The notes beneath the pieces were generated by a model. The model searched no databases. It saw only the letters and a list, made by a program, of their open reading frames with translations, and was not told where the DNA came from. Shown here piece by piece: positions 39,363 through 49,724 of a DNA stretch of 64,000 bases (position 1 is the stretch's first letter; every line of letters begins with the position of its first letter). The translations under genes were made by a program, and so were the position numbers. Source of the stretch: an uncultured Chloroflexia bacterium (GTDB lineage: Bacteria > Chloroflexota > Limnocylindria > Limnocylindrales > CSP1-4); contig CAWFXA010000003.1 in the NCBI GenBank assembly GCA_963819655.1, positions 384,001 through 448,000 of the forward strand, given 5' to 3'.

Positions 39363-41101
39363 GCGTGACGGTGCCGGACACGGAAGACGCCGGTCGGTTG
39401 GTCGAGCTCACAGTCACCGACCTCGCGCTGATCGACCGCCTGCGGCTCGAGTTCGATGCCGGCTTCAACGTCATCACCGGCGAGACAGGGGCCGGCAAGA
39501 GCCTGCTCATCGACGCGCTCGGGCTGGCGATGGGCGCCCGCGCCGACACGACGCTGGTTCGCCACGGGATGGACACGGCGCGGGTCGAGGCCCTGTTCGA
39601 CCGCTTGCCGGAGCCGCTCATCGCGGTCCGCGAGGTCGCTGCCAGCGGCCGATCGACCGCCCGGCTCGATGACGCGACCGTCACCGCGGCCCGCCTGGCC
39701 GACGAGGTCGGCGGCCTCGTCGAGATCCACGGACAGCACGACCAGGGACGGTTGCTCGATGAGCGCTGGCAACGCGACCTGCTCGATGGCTTCGGGGAGC
39801 ACGAGGTGCTGCGCACGGCGATGGTCTCCGCGGTCGAGCGCTGGCGCGAGAACCGGGCCGTGCTCGACGCGGCGGCGCTGGATCCCCGCGAGGTCGCCCG
39901 GCGCCTCGACCTGCTCGAGCACGAGTCGAGCGAGATCGCGCGGGCGAACCTGCGGCCGGGTGAGGCCGAGGAGATCCGCGGGAGACTGACCGCGGCCCAG
40001 CATGGCGAGGCGATCGCCCGGGGAGCGGCCGCGCTCCGAGAGGCATTGACCCAGGAGGGTGCGGGGGCACGTGACGCGACAGCCATCGCCCTCAACGAGG
40101 CGCGCGGGATCGCGCGGCTCGACCCGCGGTTCGAGCCGCTGGCAGAACGACTGGCGGGTCTCGAGGCAGAGCTCGCCGACGTCGCCGACGAGGCACGTCG
40201 GCTGGCCGAAGGCGTCGATCACGATCCGCGTGCGGTGGCCGAGCTCGATGCGCGACTGGGTGTCATCCACGGTCTGCTCCGCCGATACGGCGACGACGAG
40301 GCGTCGGTGCTCGCGCACGGGCAACGTGCCGCGGCGGAGGCCGAGCGCCTGCGAGGGCTCGACGAGGAACGCGCCCAGCGCCAACGCGAGGACGCCCGGC
40401 TCCTGGCCGACGTCGGCAGCGCGGCCTGGGCCTTATCAGCGGCCCGTCGAGGCGCCGCCGCTTCGTTGACGGTCGCCGTCGCGACCATACTCGAGGAGCT
40501 CGGGTTCCCGCCTGGCGTGTTCGAGGTGGCCATCGGTCGCCGGCCCGCGGGTCCCGGCGAGCCGGCGGTCGAGGTCGACGGCGATGCCGTCGCATTCGAT
40601 GGGTCTGGCATCGACGAGGTCGTCTACCAGCTCGCCCCGAACCCCGGCGAGCCTGCACGACCGCTGGCCAGGATCGCGTCGGGCGGCGAGCTGTCACGGG
40701 TCGCGCTGGCGATCAAGCGTGTCCTCGCCGAGGCCGACGCGACGCCCACGCTCGTGTTCGACGAGGTCGACACGGGGATCGGTGGCCGCAGCGCCGATCC
40801 GATCGGTCGCTCGCTGTGGGGCCTTGCGCGCCGTCATCAGGTCCTGTGCGTGACGCACCTCCCGCAGATCGCCTCGCACGCCGACGCGCACTACCGGATC
40901 GTCAAACGGGAGCGCGACGGCCGGACCGTGACCGAGGTCGAGCGACTCGACCGCGAGGGCCGCATCGTCGAGCTGGCGGCGATGCTCGGGGGCGGACCGG
41001 GCGACGCGGCGGCGCTCGCGTCGGCGCGCGAGCTGCTCGACCGGGCGGAGGCGTGGCGTGCCGGGCCGGTCGGCGCCGCGGGTGGCGACCGCTCGGCGTG
41101 A
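39359..41101 (+). CDS. recN: DNA repair protein RecN
   Basis: ITGETGAGKS, EIHGQHD, ASGGELSR, FDEVDTG, VTHLPQIA. Confidence 0.96.
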   Translation: MSVTVPDTEDAGRLVELTVTDLALIDRLRLEFDAGFNVITGETGAGKSLLIDALGLAMGARADTTLVRHGMDTARVEALFDRLPEPLIAVREVAASGRSTARLDDATVTAARLADEVGGLVEIHGQHDQGRLLDERWQRDLLDGFGEHEVLRTAMVSAVERWRENRAVLDAAALDPREVARRLDLLEHESSEIARANLRPGEAEEIRGRLTAAQHGEAIARGAAALREALTQEGAGARDATAIALNEARGIARLDPRFEPLAERLAGLEAELADVADEARRLAEGVDHDPRAVAELDARLGVIHGLLRRYGDDEASVLAHGQRAAAEAERLRGLDEERAQRQREDARLLADVGSAAWALSAARRGAAASLTVAVATILEELGFPPGVFEVAIGRRPAGPGEPAVEVDGDAVAFDGSGIDEVVYQLAPNPGEPARPLARIASGGELSRVALAIKRVLAEADATPTLVFDEVDTGIGGRSADPIGRSLWGLARRHQVLCVTHLPQIASHADAHYRIVKRERDGRTVTEVERLDREGRIVELAAMLGGGPGDAAALASARELLDRAEAWRAGPVGAAGGDRSA

Positions 41102-42009
41102 ACCTCGATCGCGCGATCGACGACTACCTGTCGTACCTGCATGTCGAGCGCGGCCTGGCCGACGCGACGATCCGCGCATATCGCGGCGATCTGCGCGATT
41201 TCGAGCAGGACACCGCGACCGGGCACGAGGCCTGGGACCGCTCCGCCGATGCGGCCGTGCGCTACCTGGCCGCACGGACCCACCGCGGCCAGACCGGGGA
41301 GCGTTCGTTGGCGCCCACGAGCCTCCGTCGGCGAGCGGCAGCGCTCAAGGGCTTCTACCGATTCGCGTTCGGCGAGGGGATCATCGAGGTCGATGTCGCG
41401 ACCCACCTCGACCTGCCTCGCCAGAGCCGCCGCCTGCCCGACACGCTCGACGTGGGGGAGGTGGAGCGTTTGCTCGAGGCCGCGTCGTCGGGCGGCGTCC
41501 GGGACCGAGCGCTGCTCGAGCTGCTGTACGCCGCCGGACTGCGGGTGAGCGAGGCGATCGGGCTCGATCGCGAGGACCTGTCGCTCGACGGGGCTTTCGT
41601 GCGGGTCATCGGCAAGGGCGACAAGGAACGGCTGGTGCCGATCGGCGAGATCTCGATCGACCACCTGAGCGCCTGGCTGGACGGACCGCGAGCGGCGCTC
41701 CTGGCACACCACCACGTCGAGCCGGTCCGCGGCGGCCCGCTGTTCCTGGGTGACCGCGGCCGACGCCTCGCACGCCAGCAGGCGTGGTCCGCGGTGAACG
41801 CGGCCGCGGACCGAGCGGGCCTCGGCGGTCGGGTGAGCCCGCACACGCTGCGACACTCGTTCGCCACCCACCTGTTGGAAGGCGGCGCCGACCTCCGGGT
41901 CGTCCAGGAGTTGCTCGGGCATGCGAGTATCTCCACGACCCAGCTGTACACGCATCTGACCGGGGAGCGGATCCGGGACGTCTATCGTCGGGCCCATCCG
42001 CGGGCTTGA
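41098..42009 (+). CDS. xerD: Tyrosine recombinase XerD
   Basis: RDRALLELLYAAGLRVSE, GKGDKER, SPHTLRHSFATHLL, LLGHASISTTQLY; core context. Confidence 0.88.
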   Translation: MNLDRAIDDYLSYLHVERGLADATIRAYRGDLRDFEQDTATGHEAWDRSADAAVRYLAARTHRGQTGERSLAPTSLRRRAAALKGFYRFAFGEGIIEVDVATHLDLPRQSRRLPDTLDVGEVERLLEAASSGGVRDRALLELLYAAGLRVSEAIGLDREDLSLDGAFVRVIGKGDKERLVPIGEISIDHLSAWLDGPRAALLAHHHVEPVRGGPLFLGDRGRRLARQQAWSAVNAAADRAGLGGRVSPHTLRHSFATHLLEGGADLRVVQELLGHASISTTQLYTHLTGERIRDVYRRAHPRA

Positions 42010-42029
42010 GCAGGAGGGACACGCCAGAG

Positions 42030-42770
42030 ATGGGCTATGCCGACGGGCTGCTCTCGACCGGGGAGCGAATCCTGCACCGCGAGAAGCAGCACTGGTTCGT
42101 GTTCATCTGGGGGGCGCGCTACACGATCCTGGCGGTGATCATCGCCGTGATCCTGCTCGTCCTCAAGGGCAGCCTGTCGCAGCCGTGGCAGGACATCCTC
42201 AACTACGCCGCGATCGCGCTGTTCCTCGGCGGCCTGGTTGTCCTGCTCTGGACGATCCTCCAGTACATCAATCTCGAGTACGTGGTCACGAACCGACGCG
42301 TCATCGAGGTCTCGGGCGTCCTCAACAAGCGAACGACAGACTCGTCGCTCGAGAAGATCAACGACGCGGTGCTGACCCAATCGATCTTCGGTCGGATCTT
42401 CGGCTTCGGCGATCTCGACATCCTGACCGCCTCTGAATCCGGGATCAGCCGCTTCCGCATGCTCGTTCAGCCCGTCCGGTTCAAGCGCGCCATGCTCGAT
42501 GCCAAGCATGAGTACGAGCGGGATATCGAGGGAAGCGGCTATGCCGCCAGCCCGCCGCTCCGCAGCGAGCCGGTCGTGGTCGGCCAGCCGCCGACCGACG
42601 ACACGGTGTCGACGCCCGTGCCGCCGGCGCCGCCGGCTCCGGCCGCCGCGCCGCTGTCTCGCGACGAGGTGACCCGGACGCTCAACAGCCTGGCCGATCT
42701 GCGTGATCGAGGGGCCATCAGCGCGGACGAGTTCGAGCGCAAGAAGGCCGACCTGCTCGGGCGTCTCTGA
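42030..42770 (+). CDS. Membrane protein with bacterial PH domain and C-terminal SHOCT
   Basis: 2 TM, YVVTNRRVI..SGVL, IFGFGDL; LADLRDRGAISADEFERKKADLL. Confidence 0.85.
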   Translation: MGYADGLLSTGERILHREKQHWFVFIWGARYTILAVIIAVILLVLKGSLSQPWQDILNYAAIALFLGGLVVLLWTILQYINLEYVVTNRRVIEVSGVLNKRTTDSSLEKINDAVLTQSIFGRIFGFGDLDILTASESGISRFRMLVQPVRFKRAMLDAKHEYERDIEGSGYAASPPLRSEPVVVGQPPTDDTVSTPVPPAPPAPAAAPLSRDEVTRTLNSLADLRDRGAISADEFERKKADLLGRL

Positions 42771-42821
42771 CCCTGACCGACCGCGCGGCTACGATACGCG
42801 GGACCCCGTTAGAGGAACCCC

Positions 42822-43490
42822 GTGTCCGACCAACTGCTCGCGTCCATCATCGTCGTCGCCATCATGTTGCTCGTGGGCTTCCCGGTCCACGAGTTCGCAC
42901 ATGCGCTGGCGGCCTATCGACTCGGGGATAGCACCGCCCGCCTGATGGGCAGGCTCACGCTCAACCCGATCGTCCACTTCGACCCGCTCGGCGGGATCCT
43001 GCTGGCGGTCACGTTCATCGGCAGCTCGTTGTCCGGGGGAGCGTTCGGGTTCGGCTGGGCGAAACCGACCCCGGTCAACCCCAACAACCTCGAGGGCGGA
43101 CGATCCGGCGAGGCGATCGTCGCGGCAGCCGGCCCGTTCTCGAACCTCGTGTTGGCCGTTGCCGCCGCGCTGCCGATCCGCTACATCCTCGCGAACCCTG
43201 AGCTCGAGGCCCAGATCCCGTCGATGGTCCTCCTGGTCCTGTTCTATTTCGTGCTGATCAACCTCGTGCTGATGGTGTTCAACCTGTTCCCTGTCCCGCC
43301 GCTCGACGGTTCGAAGGTCCTCTTCGCCTTGCTGCCTCCGCAGCTTGCGTGGCGTTGGCGGCCAGTCCTCGAGCAGTACGGGTTCGTGCTGTTGCTGCTG
43401 CTCTTCTTCTTCCCGCCGGGTAACTCGATCGGCGGGCGCATCGTCAGCCCGATCATCGATGGCATCTTCCGTCTCCTGGTGGGCGTCTAA
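42822..43490 (+). CDS. Site-2 protease (M50 family)
   Basis: HEFAH, GRLTLNP, GWAKP, AAAGP, FNLFPVPPLDG. Confidence 0.93.
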   Translation: MSDQLLASIIVVAIMLLVGFPVHEFAHALAAYRLGDSTARLMGRLTLNPIVHFDPLGGILLAVTFIGSSLSGGAFGFGWAKPTPVNPNNLEGGRSGEAIVAAAGPFSNLVLAVAAALPIRYILANPELEAQIPSMVLLVLFYFVLINLVLMVFNLFPVPPLDGSKVLFALLPPQLAWRWRPVLEQYGFVLLLLLFFFPPGNSIGGRIVSPIIDGIFRLLVGV

Positions 43491-43959
43491 GGTCCGCCAG
43501 TTCCGGTCGCACGTCCGGGCTCGGGTCGGCCCGGAGGAGCGCGCCGGACTGGCGGCCTGGCTCACACCCGCACAGCTCGCGCTCTTCGATTCGATGCATG
43601 TCGCCGACCGGCGCCACGGCCTCGACGTCGTCGCCACCCTGCGCAAGGACGGCGCGGCCGACGACGATCTGCTCGTCGCGGGTCTGCTCCACGACGCCGG
43701 GAAGGGTCACACCGGCGTCTGGCCGAGGGTCGCCTACGCTCTCGGGCAGACGTACGGGGCATGGGTGTGGCGTGTGGCCGGGATCGTCCCCGGCTGGCGG
43801 CCAGTCCTGGCCCGCCTCCGCGACCATGCCGCGTTCTCCGCACGGCTGGCCGGCGAGGCGGGCTGCTCGGCTCGGACCGTCGAGCTGATCCGGCACCAGG
43901 ACGCCCCGCTGGACCCCGACGCCGGGCGCGCACTCCAGCTCGCGGACGAGGCCAACTGA
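43459..43959 (+). CDS. HD-domain protein
   Basis: DRRHG..V, GLLHDAGK, H, IRH, LQLADEAN; overlaps S2P end and scpA start. Confidence 0.75.
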   Translation: MASSVSWWASKVRQFRSHVRARVGPEERAGLAAWLTPAQLALFDSMHVADRRHGLDVVATLRKDGAADDDLLVAGLLHDAGKGHTGVWPRVAYALGQTYGAWVWRVAGIVPGWRPVLARLRDHAAFSARLAGEAGCSARTVELIRHQDAPLDPDAGRALQLADEAN

Positions 43960-44831
43960 TGGTCGCGGACGTCAATGGATCGCCCGGCGTGCCGGTGATG
44001 ACCCCCGGGGCGACGGCCGTTCGCATCGGTGATGGGCGGCCCGAGAGCTCGACCCATGTGCAGGTCGCGACGTTCGACGGACCGCTGGCACTGCTCTTGT
44101 CGCTCATCGAGGCCCGCCAGCTCGACGTGCTGACCGTGCCGTTGGGCGGCCTGGCCGACGCCTATCTCGAGGCGCTCGCCGGGCTCGAGGTCGATCGCCT
44201 CGGCAACATCAGCGCGTTCGTCGCGGTGGCCTCGCAGTTGATCCTCATCAAGAGCCGCGCGATGTTGCCGCGACCCCCGGCGATCGAGCCGGGCTCACTC
44301 GACACCGATGACGCGCCCGACCCCGAGGCGGAGCTGCGCAAGCGTCTGATCCTGTACCGCGCCCACCGTGACGCCGGTCTGCGTCTGGCGGAGGGCGCGC
44401 TGGAGCGGATCGGCCTGTTCCGCCGCGAGCCCGGCGCGGCCCGCGCCGCCGGCATGGCCGGTGCCCGGCCGGCCGACGCGCCGCCGATCGATCCGGGTCG
44501 TCTCGCCGGGGCGCTCGCCCATCTCGCGCTGATCGCGCCACCGCCCGACCCACCACAGGAGGTCATGCCGCGCACGATCACCCTGACCGAGCGCGCGGCG
44601 ATCATCCGGGCTGCCCTGCGCGATGCACCGGCGATCGTCCTCCAGGACCTGCTCGCCGGCGTCCGCGACCGGGTGATCGTCGCGGTGACGTTCCTCGCTC
44701 TCCTCGAGCTGATGAAGCGACGCGAGATCGTCGTCGAGCAGGACGAGCCGTGGGGTCCGATCGTCGCCCGCGCGACCGGCGACGTCATCGACGACTCGCC
44801 GCTCGACGAGTCGCTGGAGTCCTTCGCATGA
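43959..44831 (+). CDS. scpA: Segregation and condensation protein A
   Basis: FDGPLALLLSLI, LILIKSRAMLP, VTFLALLEL. Confidence 0.93.
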   Translation: MVADVNGSPGVPVMTPGATAVRIGDGRPESSTHVQVATFDGPLALLLSLIEARQLDVLTVPLGGLADAYLEALAGLEVDRLGNISAFVAVASQLILIKSRAMLPRPPAIEPGSLDTDDAPDPEAELRKRLILYRAHRDAGLRLAEGALERIGLFRREPGAARAAGMAGARPADAPPIDPGRLAGALAHLALIAPPPDPPQEVMPRTITLTERAAIIRAALRDAPAIVLQDLLAGVRDRVIVAVTFLALLELMKRREIVVEQDEPWGPIVARATGDVIDDSPLDESLESFA

Positions 44832-45514
44832 CCGACGAGCTCGACCTGGTGGTGGGCGTCGCGGGCGACGGCCTCGAGGCCGACGAGGGGCTCGCGTCGC
44901 CGGAGGAGGGGGCGGCGCCGTCCGAGGATCGTCCGCCGCTCGAGCTGACCGAAACCGCGCTCGAGGCTCTGCTCTTCGTCGCCGAGCGGCCGCTGAGCCG
45001 CCGCGAGATCGCGTCGCTCGCCGGCGTCGATCACGACACCGTGGACCAGCGCCTCGGAGACCTCGAAGTCACGCTCGCACAGCGCGGGATCCGCCTCATC
45101 CTCGATGGCGACAGGGTCGAGCTCGCGACGGCACCGGAGGCCGGCGCGCTGGTCGCTCGGTACGTCGGGGTGGACGCGATCCGGCTGTCACCCGCGAGCC
45201 TGGAAACCCTCGCGATCGTCGCCTACCGCCAACCCGTCACGCGTGCGGCCATCGAGCGTATCCGCGGCGTCGACTCGGACTACACGGTCCGGTCGCTGCT
45301 GCACCGGCGGCTGATCGTGGAGCTCGGTCGATCCGATGCGCCGGGCCGGCCGTTCCTGTACGGCACCGGCTTCGACTTCCTGGAGCGGTTCGGGCTGACC
45401 AGCCTCACCGAGCTCCCACCGGTGGATGTCGACGTCGCCGCGCGCTTGGCCGAGGAAGGCGGCGAGGCCGTGACGGAGCCCATGTTCCCGGACGACGTCC
45501 CAGCCGAGGCCTGA
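44828..45514 (+). CDS. scpB: Segregation and condensation protein B
   Basis: LEALLF, LSPASLETLAIVAYRQPVTR, IRGVDS, PGRPFLYGT..FLERFGL. Confidence 0.95.
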   Translation: MTDELDLVVGVAGDGLEADEGLASPEEGAAPSEDRPPLELTETALEALLFVAERPLSRREIASLAGVDHDTVDQRLGDLEVTLAQRGIRLILDGDRVELATAPEAGALVARYVGVDAIRLSPASLETLAIVAYRQPVTRAAIERIRGVDSDYTVRSLLHRRLIVELGRSDAPGRPFLYGTGFDFLERFGLTSLTELPPVDVDVAARLAEEGGEAVTEPMFPDDVPAEA

Positions 45515-46362
45515 TGCCGCCGGAGCGACTCCAGAAGGTGCTCGCAGCGGCCGGCGTCGCCTCTCGCCGGGCGGCGGAGTCGATGATCGCGTCGGGCCGC
45601 GTCACCGTCGACGGCAAAGTGGCGACGCTCGGCACGCAAGCAGATCCCGATCGATCGGTCATCGCGGTCGACGGGCGGGTCATCGGGTCGGCTGTGGCTC
45701 ACGCGTACCTGTTGCTGCACAAGCCGGCGGGGGTCACCTCGACGACCCGCGATCGCCATGCCGAGACGACCGTGCTGGACCTCGTCCCGACCGCCCTCGT
45801 GCCGGACGGGGCGCTGCTCTACCCGGTCGGCCGCCTGGACCAGGACAGCGAAGGGATGCTGCTCCTGACCAACGACGGGGCGTGGGCCGATCGGGTGCTG
45901 CACCCGCGCCACGGCGTGGAACGCGAGTACGCGATCGGCCTGGAACGGCCGCTCGGCGACGACCAGGTGGCGGCGTTGCAGGCCGGGATCCGGCTGGACG
46001 AGGGTCGCGCGACGGTCGGCGGCCTGCGCGCCATGACCCGGATCGAGGTCGAGCGGCTCGGCGACCTGCTGCGACCGACCCCGCCCGAGCTGGTCTGGTA
46101 CCGGGCGACACTGACGCAGGGCTGGAAACGGCAGCTGCGCCGGATGTTCGGCGCGATCGGTGCCCCGGTCGCGCGCCTCGTGCGTGTCCGGATCGGCCCG
46201 GTTCGTATCGACGGCCTCCGCAGCGGCGCGATCCGGCCTCTCAAGGCACCGGAGATGCGTGGCCTGGGCGCCGGCGGCGGGCGCTCTCGGTCCGCGCCAC
46301 CTCCATCGGACAAGGCAAGGAGTGACGATGGGCTTCCTGCGACGCGTCCTCGGCGGCGCTGA
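45514..46362 (+). CDS. rluB: rRNA pseudouridine synthase (RluB/RsuA family)
   Basis: ERLQKVLA..GVASRR, HKPAG, PVGRLDQDSEG, RQLRRM. Confidence 0.9.
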   Translation: MPPERLQKVLAAAGVASRRAAESMIASGRVTVDGKVATLGTQADPDRSVIAVDGRVIGSAVAHAYLLLHKPAGVTSTTRDRHAETTVLDLVPTALVPDGALLYPVGRLDQDSEGMLLLTNDGAWADRVLHPRHGVEREYAIGLERPLGDDQVAALQAGIRLDEGRATVGGLRAMTRIEVERLGDLLRPTPPELVWYRATLTQGWKRQLRRMFGAIGAPVARLVRVRIGPVRIDGLRSGAIRPLKAPEMRGLGAGGGRSRSAPPPSDKARSDDGLPATRPRRR

Positions 46363-47275
46363 GCCACAGCTCCCGGACTGGTCGCCGTTCGACGACGGGC
46401 GTACGCACCAGGCGTTCCTCGACGCGGTCGAGGCCGACCTGCGGCGGCGCGGGATCTCGTTCACGATCGACGAGGGCGTCGTCCTCGTGCCCACCGACGG
46501 CGAGGACGAACCCGGCCAGTTCGGCCTCGCGAACCTGTCCCAGCAGTGCGCGGCCGACGACCGTGAGGACTGGCCGCGGATCATCGCGACGCACTTCACG
46601 AGTGTTTTCTCGATCCAGGGCCGCGACCTCGATGCCCTCGCCGCGGACTACGAGCAGGTGCGACCCATCCTTCGGATCCGTCTCATGCCGGATGAGTCGA
46701 TGGGCGGCGTCGGCGTCCCCGGCGCCACAGTCCGGGCCATCGCGCCGGGCATCCAGGCGGTCCTCGTGTACGACTTCCCGGATTCGACGGCATCGGTCCA
46801 CGTGGAGCACCTGGCGGAGTGGCCGGTCGACGAGGACGCGGCGTTCGCGCAGGCCCTGGCGAACCTGGACCACGAACCGAAGCCGCTCAGCGAGGACATG
46901 GAGGTCGAGCCCGGGACGTCGGTGCGGATCCTGTACGGCGACAGCTTCTACGTCGCGACCCAGGTGCTGCGCCTCGGTGACGTCCTGCCGTCGGGCACGA
47001 CCGATGCCCTCGTCGCGGTCCCGAACCGCCACACGCTGATCGTCCACCCGATCGTCGATGGCGGCGCGGTCGCGGCCATGCAGCCGCTCTACCGGCTCGC
47101 CGCGCAGCTCTTCCGCGAAGGGCCCGGCTCGATCAGCGACCAGCCGTACTGGTGGCACGACGGAGGGCTCGAGGTCATCCCGCACCACGTGAAGGGCCGC
47201 GACGTCACGGTCGTGCCACCGGACGGGTTGCTGGCTGTCTTCGAGCGCGTCATCGCCCGGACCGAGGGCCGCTGA
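46328..47275 (+). CDS. Hypothetical protein (possibly DUF1444/YtpQ-like)
   Basis: 315-aa ORF with AGGAG SD and coding-like codon bias; FGLANL, VAVPNRH; family call tentative. Confidence 0.6.
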   Translation: MGFLRRVLGGAEPQLPDWSPFDDGRTHQAFLDAVEADLRRRGISFTIDEGVVLVPTDGEDEPGQFGLANLSQQCAADDREDWPRIIATHFTSVFSIQGRDLDALAADYEQVRPILRIRLMPDESMGGVGVPGATVRAIAPGIQAVLVYDFPDSTASVHVEHLAEWPVDEDAAFAQALANLDHEPKPLSEDMEVEPGTSVRILYGDSFYVATQVLRLGDVLPSGTTDALVAVPNRHTLIVHPIVDGGAVAAMQPLYRLAAQLFREGPGSISDQPYWWHDGGLEVIPHHVKGRDVTVVPPDGLLAVFERVIARTEGR

Positions 47276-47292
47276 CCGCTATCCTTCGGGCC

Positions 47293-47988
47293 ATGGAGCG
47301 ATTGGTCGTCGCCCTCGACGGACCCGGCTCGTCGGGCAAGAGCAGTGTCGGCGCCGCCGCGGCGCGCGAAGTCGGCTACCGGTTCTGCGATACCGGCCTG
47401 CTGTACCGCGCCGTCACATGGCTGGCGGAAGCGCGAGGCGTGCCGGTCGATGACCCCGAGGGGCTCGTCGACCTCGTCGCCGGCGTCGAGCTCGCCGAGG
47501 ATGCGGCCGGACGTCTCGAACGCGTGCGCGTTGACGGCGTGGACCACACGGCCGATGTCCGCGGTCCCGCGGTCGATGCGGCCGTGTCCGCGGTGTCGGC
47601 CGTCCCCGAGGTCCGTGCCGCCCTGCTGGCGCGCCAGCGCGACCTGGCTGCCGGCGGCGGGATCGTGATGGCCGGCCGGGACATCGGCACGGTCGTGCTG
47701 CCCGACGCCGACCTGAAGATCTATCTCGACGCATCAGTCGACGAGCGCGCTCGCCGGCGCGCCGAGGAGCGCGGCCTCGATCCCGACGGGCCTGCAGGGA
47801 TCGCCATCCTCGAGGCGCTGCGGCGCCGCGATCGGCTCGACACGACCCGCGCGGTGGCGCCGTTGCGTGTGGCGCCCGACGCGCGGGTGATCACGACCGA
47901 CGGGAACACCTTCGAGCAGACCGTCGATGCCGTGGTCGGGGCGATCCGCGATGCGGAGGCCCGCCTGGAGCCGGCCCGCTCATCGTGA
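47293..47988 (+). CDS. cmk: Cytidylate kinase
   Basis: ALDGPGSSGKS, DTGLLYRA, GRDIGTVV, RRDRLD. Confidence 0.95.
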   Translation: MERLVVALDGPGSSGKSSVGAAAAREVGYRFCDTGLLYRAVTWLAEARGVPVDDPEGLVDLVAGVELAEDAAGRLERVRVDGVDHTADVRGPAVDAAVSAVSAVPEVRAALLARQRDLAAGGGIVMAGRDIGTVVLPDADLKIYLDASVDERARRRAEERGLDPDGPAGIAILEALRRRDRLDTTRAVAPLRVAPDARVITTDGNTFEQTVDAVVGAIRDAEARLEPARSS

Positions 47989-48737
47989 CCGGAGGGCAGC
48001 GACCGACGACGCCGATCGTCGATGACATCGCGCCGTGGATGAGCGCGCTCGCAGGGGCGGTGCGTGTCGGGCTGGCGGGTCTGACCCGGGTTCGGGTCGA
48101 GGGAGCGATCGATGAGATCCCGCGTACCGGGCCGGTGATCATCGCGGCGAACCACAGCTCGAACCTGGACGTGCCGGTCCTCGGCTCGTCGCTCATGCCG
48201 AAGCTCGGCCGGCGGCTGCAATGGCTGGGCAAGAAGGAGCTGTTCGACTGGCCGGTCGTCGGCTGGATCGCCCGCAATGGCGGGGTCCACGCGGTCGACC
48301 GCTCATCGGCCGACGTCGAGGCGTTCCGGCTCGCCTCCCGCATCCTCGAGGAGGGGCACGCGCTGTTCGTGTTCCCCGAGGGGACGCGCAGCCACGACGG
48401 GACACTGGGGGAGGGTCGCGACGGGGTGGCGGTGCTGGCCCTGCGGACCGGAGCACCGATCGTCCCAGTCGGCGTGACGGGGGCCTACGAGCGCTGGCCG
48501 CGGGGCCAGAAACTGCCACACCCGGGTGGTCGCGTCACGGCCCGCGTCGGCTCCCCGTTCCGCCTCGCAGACGCCCTGCCGCCCGGCCTGGACCGCCGTG
48601 CGGCGAAGACCGAGGCGACGGAGCTGATCATGCGGCGCATCGCGGAGCTCCTGCCTGAGCGGCAGCGAGGGCAGTACGGCACGGCGCCGACCGGACAGGC
48701 TTCGCAGAACCGCCCTGAACGGGGCCCCGTGGGATAA
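47985..48737 (+). CDS. plsC: 1-acyl-sn-glycerol-3-phosphate acyltransferase
   Basis: NHSSNLD, KKELF, FPEGTRS, IVPV. Confidence 0.9.
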   Translation: MTGGQRPTTPIVDDIAPWMSALAGAVRVGLAGLTRVRVEGAIDEIPRTGPVIIAANHSSNLDVPVLGSSLMPKLGRRLQWLGKKELFDWPVVGWIARNGGVHAVDRSSADVEAFRLASRILEEGHALFVFPEGTRSHDGTLGEGRDGVAVLALRTGAPIVPVGVTGAYERWPRGQKLPHPGGRVTARVGSPFRLADALPPGLDRRAAKTEATELIMRRIAELLPERQRGQYGTAPTGQASQNRPERGPVG

Positions 48738-48744
48738 TCGGATC

Positions 48745-49722
48745 GTGGGAACGGTCCAGGAGGTCCGCATCGCGAAGCGGACCGGCTTCTGTTACGGAGT
48801 GCGCGAGGCGATCGACAAGGCCAAGGAGGCCTCGGCCGCCGGGAAGGCGACGCATACCCTCGGACAGGTCGTCCACAACGAGGGCGTCGTCCGCGACCTC
48901 CAGCAGATGGGCATCCAGACCGTCGAAACGCTCGACGACGTCGACCACGGTGCGGCCGTCGTGATCCGCGCGCACGGTGTGCGGCCGGACGTCATGGCCC
49001 GCGCCGAGGAGCGCGGCCTCGAAGTCATCGACGGCACCTGCACGTGGGTGATCCAGGAGCAGAAAGAGCTCGTCCGCCTCGTCGAGGAGGGCTACACGAT
49101 CGTCATCCTCGGGACACCCCAGCATCCCGAAGTCGTCGGCCTGCTCGGTTTCGCGCCAGACGCGATCGTCGTCGACGAGGAAGAGGAGTGGGATGCCGGC
49201 ATCCCACGCAAGAAGCGGATGGCATTGCTCTCCCAGTCGACCCAGCCGCCCTGGAAGTTCGAGAAGCTCGCCGCGCTCATGGTGTCCCGCGCGCACGAGC
49301 TCAAGATCGTGAACACGGTCTGCCCGGTCACGATCCGCCGCCAACAGGACACGATGGAGACCGCTGCCGACGTCGACCTCATGGTCGTGGTCGGTGGCCG
49401 ATCGAGCGCGAACACGAAGGAGCTGACGCGTCTGTGCGAGATCGCCGGGACGCCGGCCATCCAGATCGAGAACGTGCGCGATCTGACCGATGAGTCGGTG
49501 TTCGCGAACGCGAGGATCGTCGGTGTGACGGGCGGCACCTCGACGCCGATCGAAGACTTGCGCGACGTGACCCGCCGGATCCTCGAGTTGGCCGGAACGA
49601 GCGAGACCGCTCCCCACGCCGACGAGCTCGCCGACGCGGCGCTGGGTCGTGCCGCGACCCCAGCCGGACGGACGACCTCGCTGCCCGACGCGATCTCGAG
49701 ACCGACCACCGGCGCGGCGTAG
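48745..49722 (+). CDS. ispH: 4-hydroxy-3-methylbut-2-enyl diphosphate reductase
   Basis: [40 protein letters not shown]. Confidence 0.95.
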   Translation: MGTVQEVRIAKRTGFCYGVREAIDKAKEASAAGKATHTLGQVVHNEGVVRDLQQMGIQTVETLDDVDHGAAVVIRAHGVRPDVMARAEERGLEVIDGTCTWVIQEQKELVRLVEEGYTIVILGTPQHPEVVGLLGFAPDAIVVDEEEEWDAGIPRKKRMALLSQSTQPPWKFEKLAALMVSRAHELKIVNTVCPVTIRRQQDTMETAADVDLMVVVGGRSSANTKELTRLCEIAGTPAIQIENVRDLTDESVFANARIVGVTGGTSTPIEDLRDVTRRILELAGTSETAPHADELADAALGRAATPAGRTTSLPDAISRPTTGAA

Positions 49723-49724
49723 GC

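Noticed and set aside
41098-42009. Phage or island integrase
   Set aside because: Size, motifs and the recN-scpAB context indicate chromosomal XerD.
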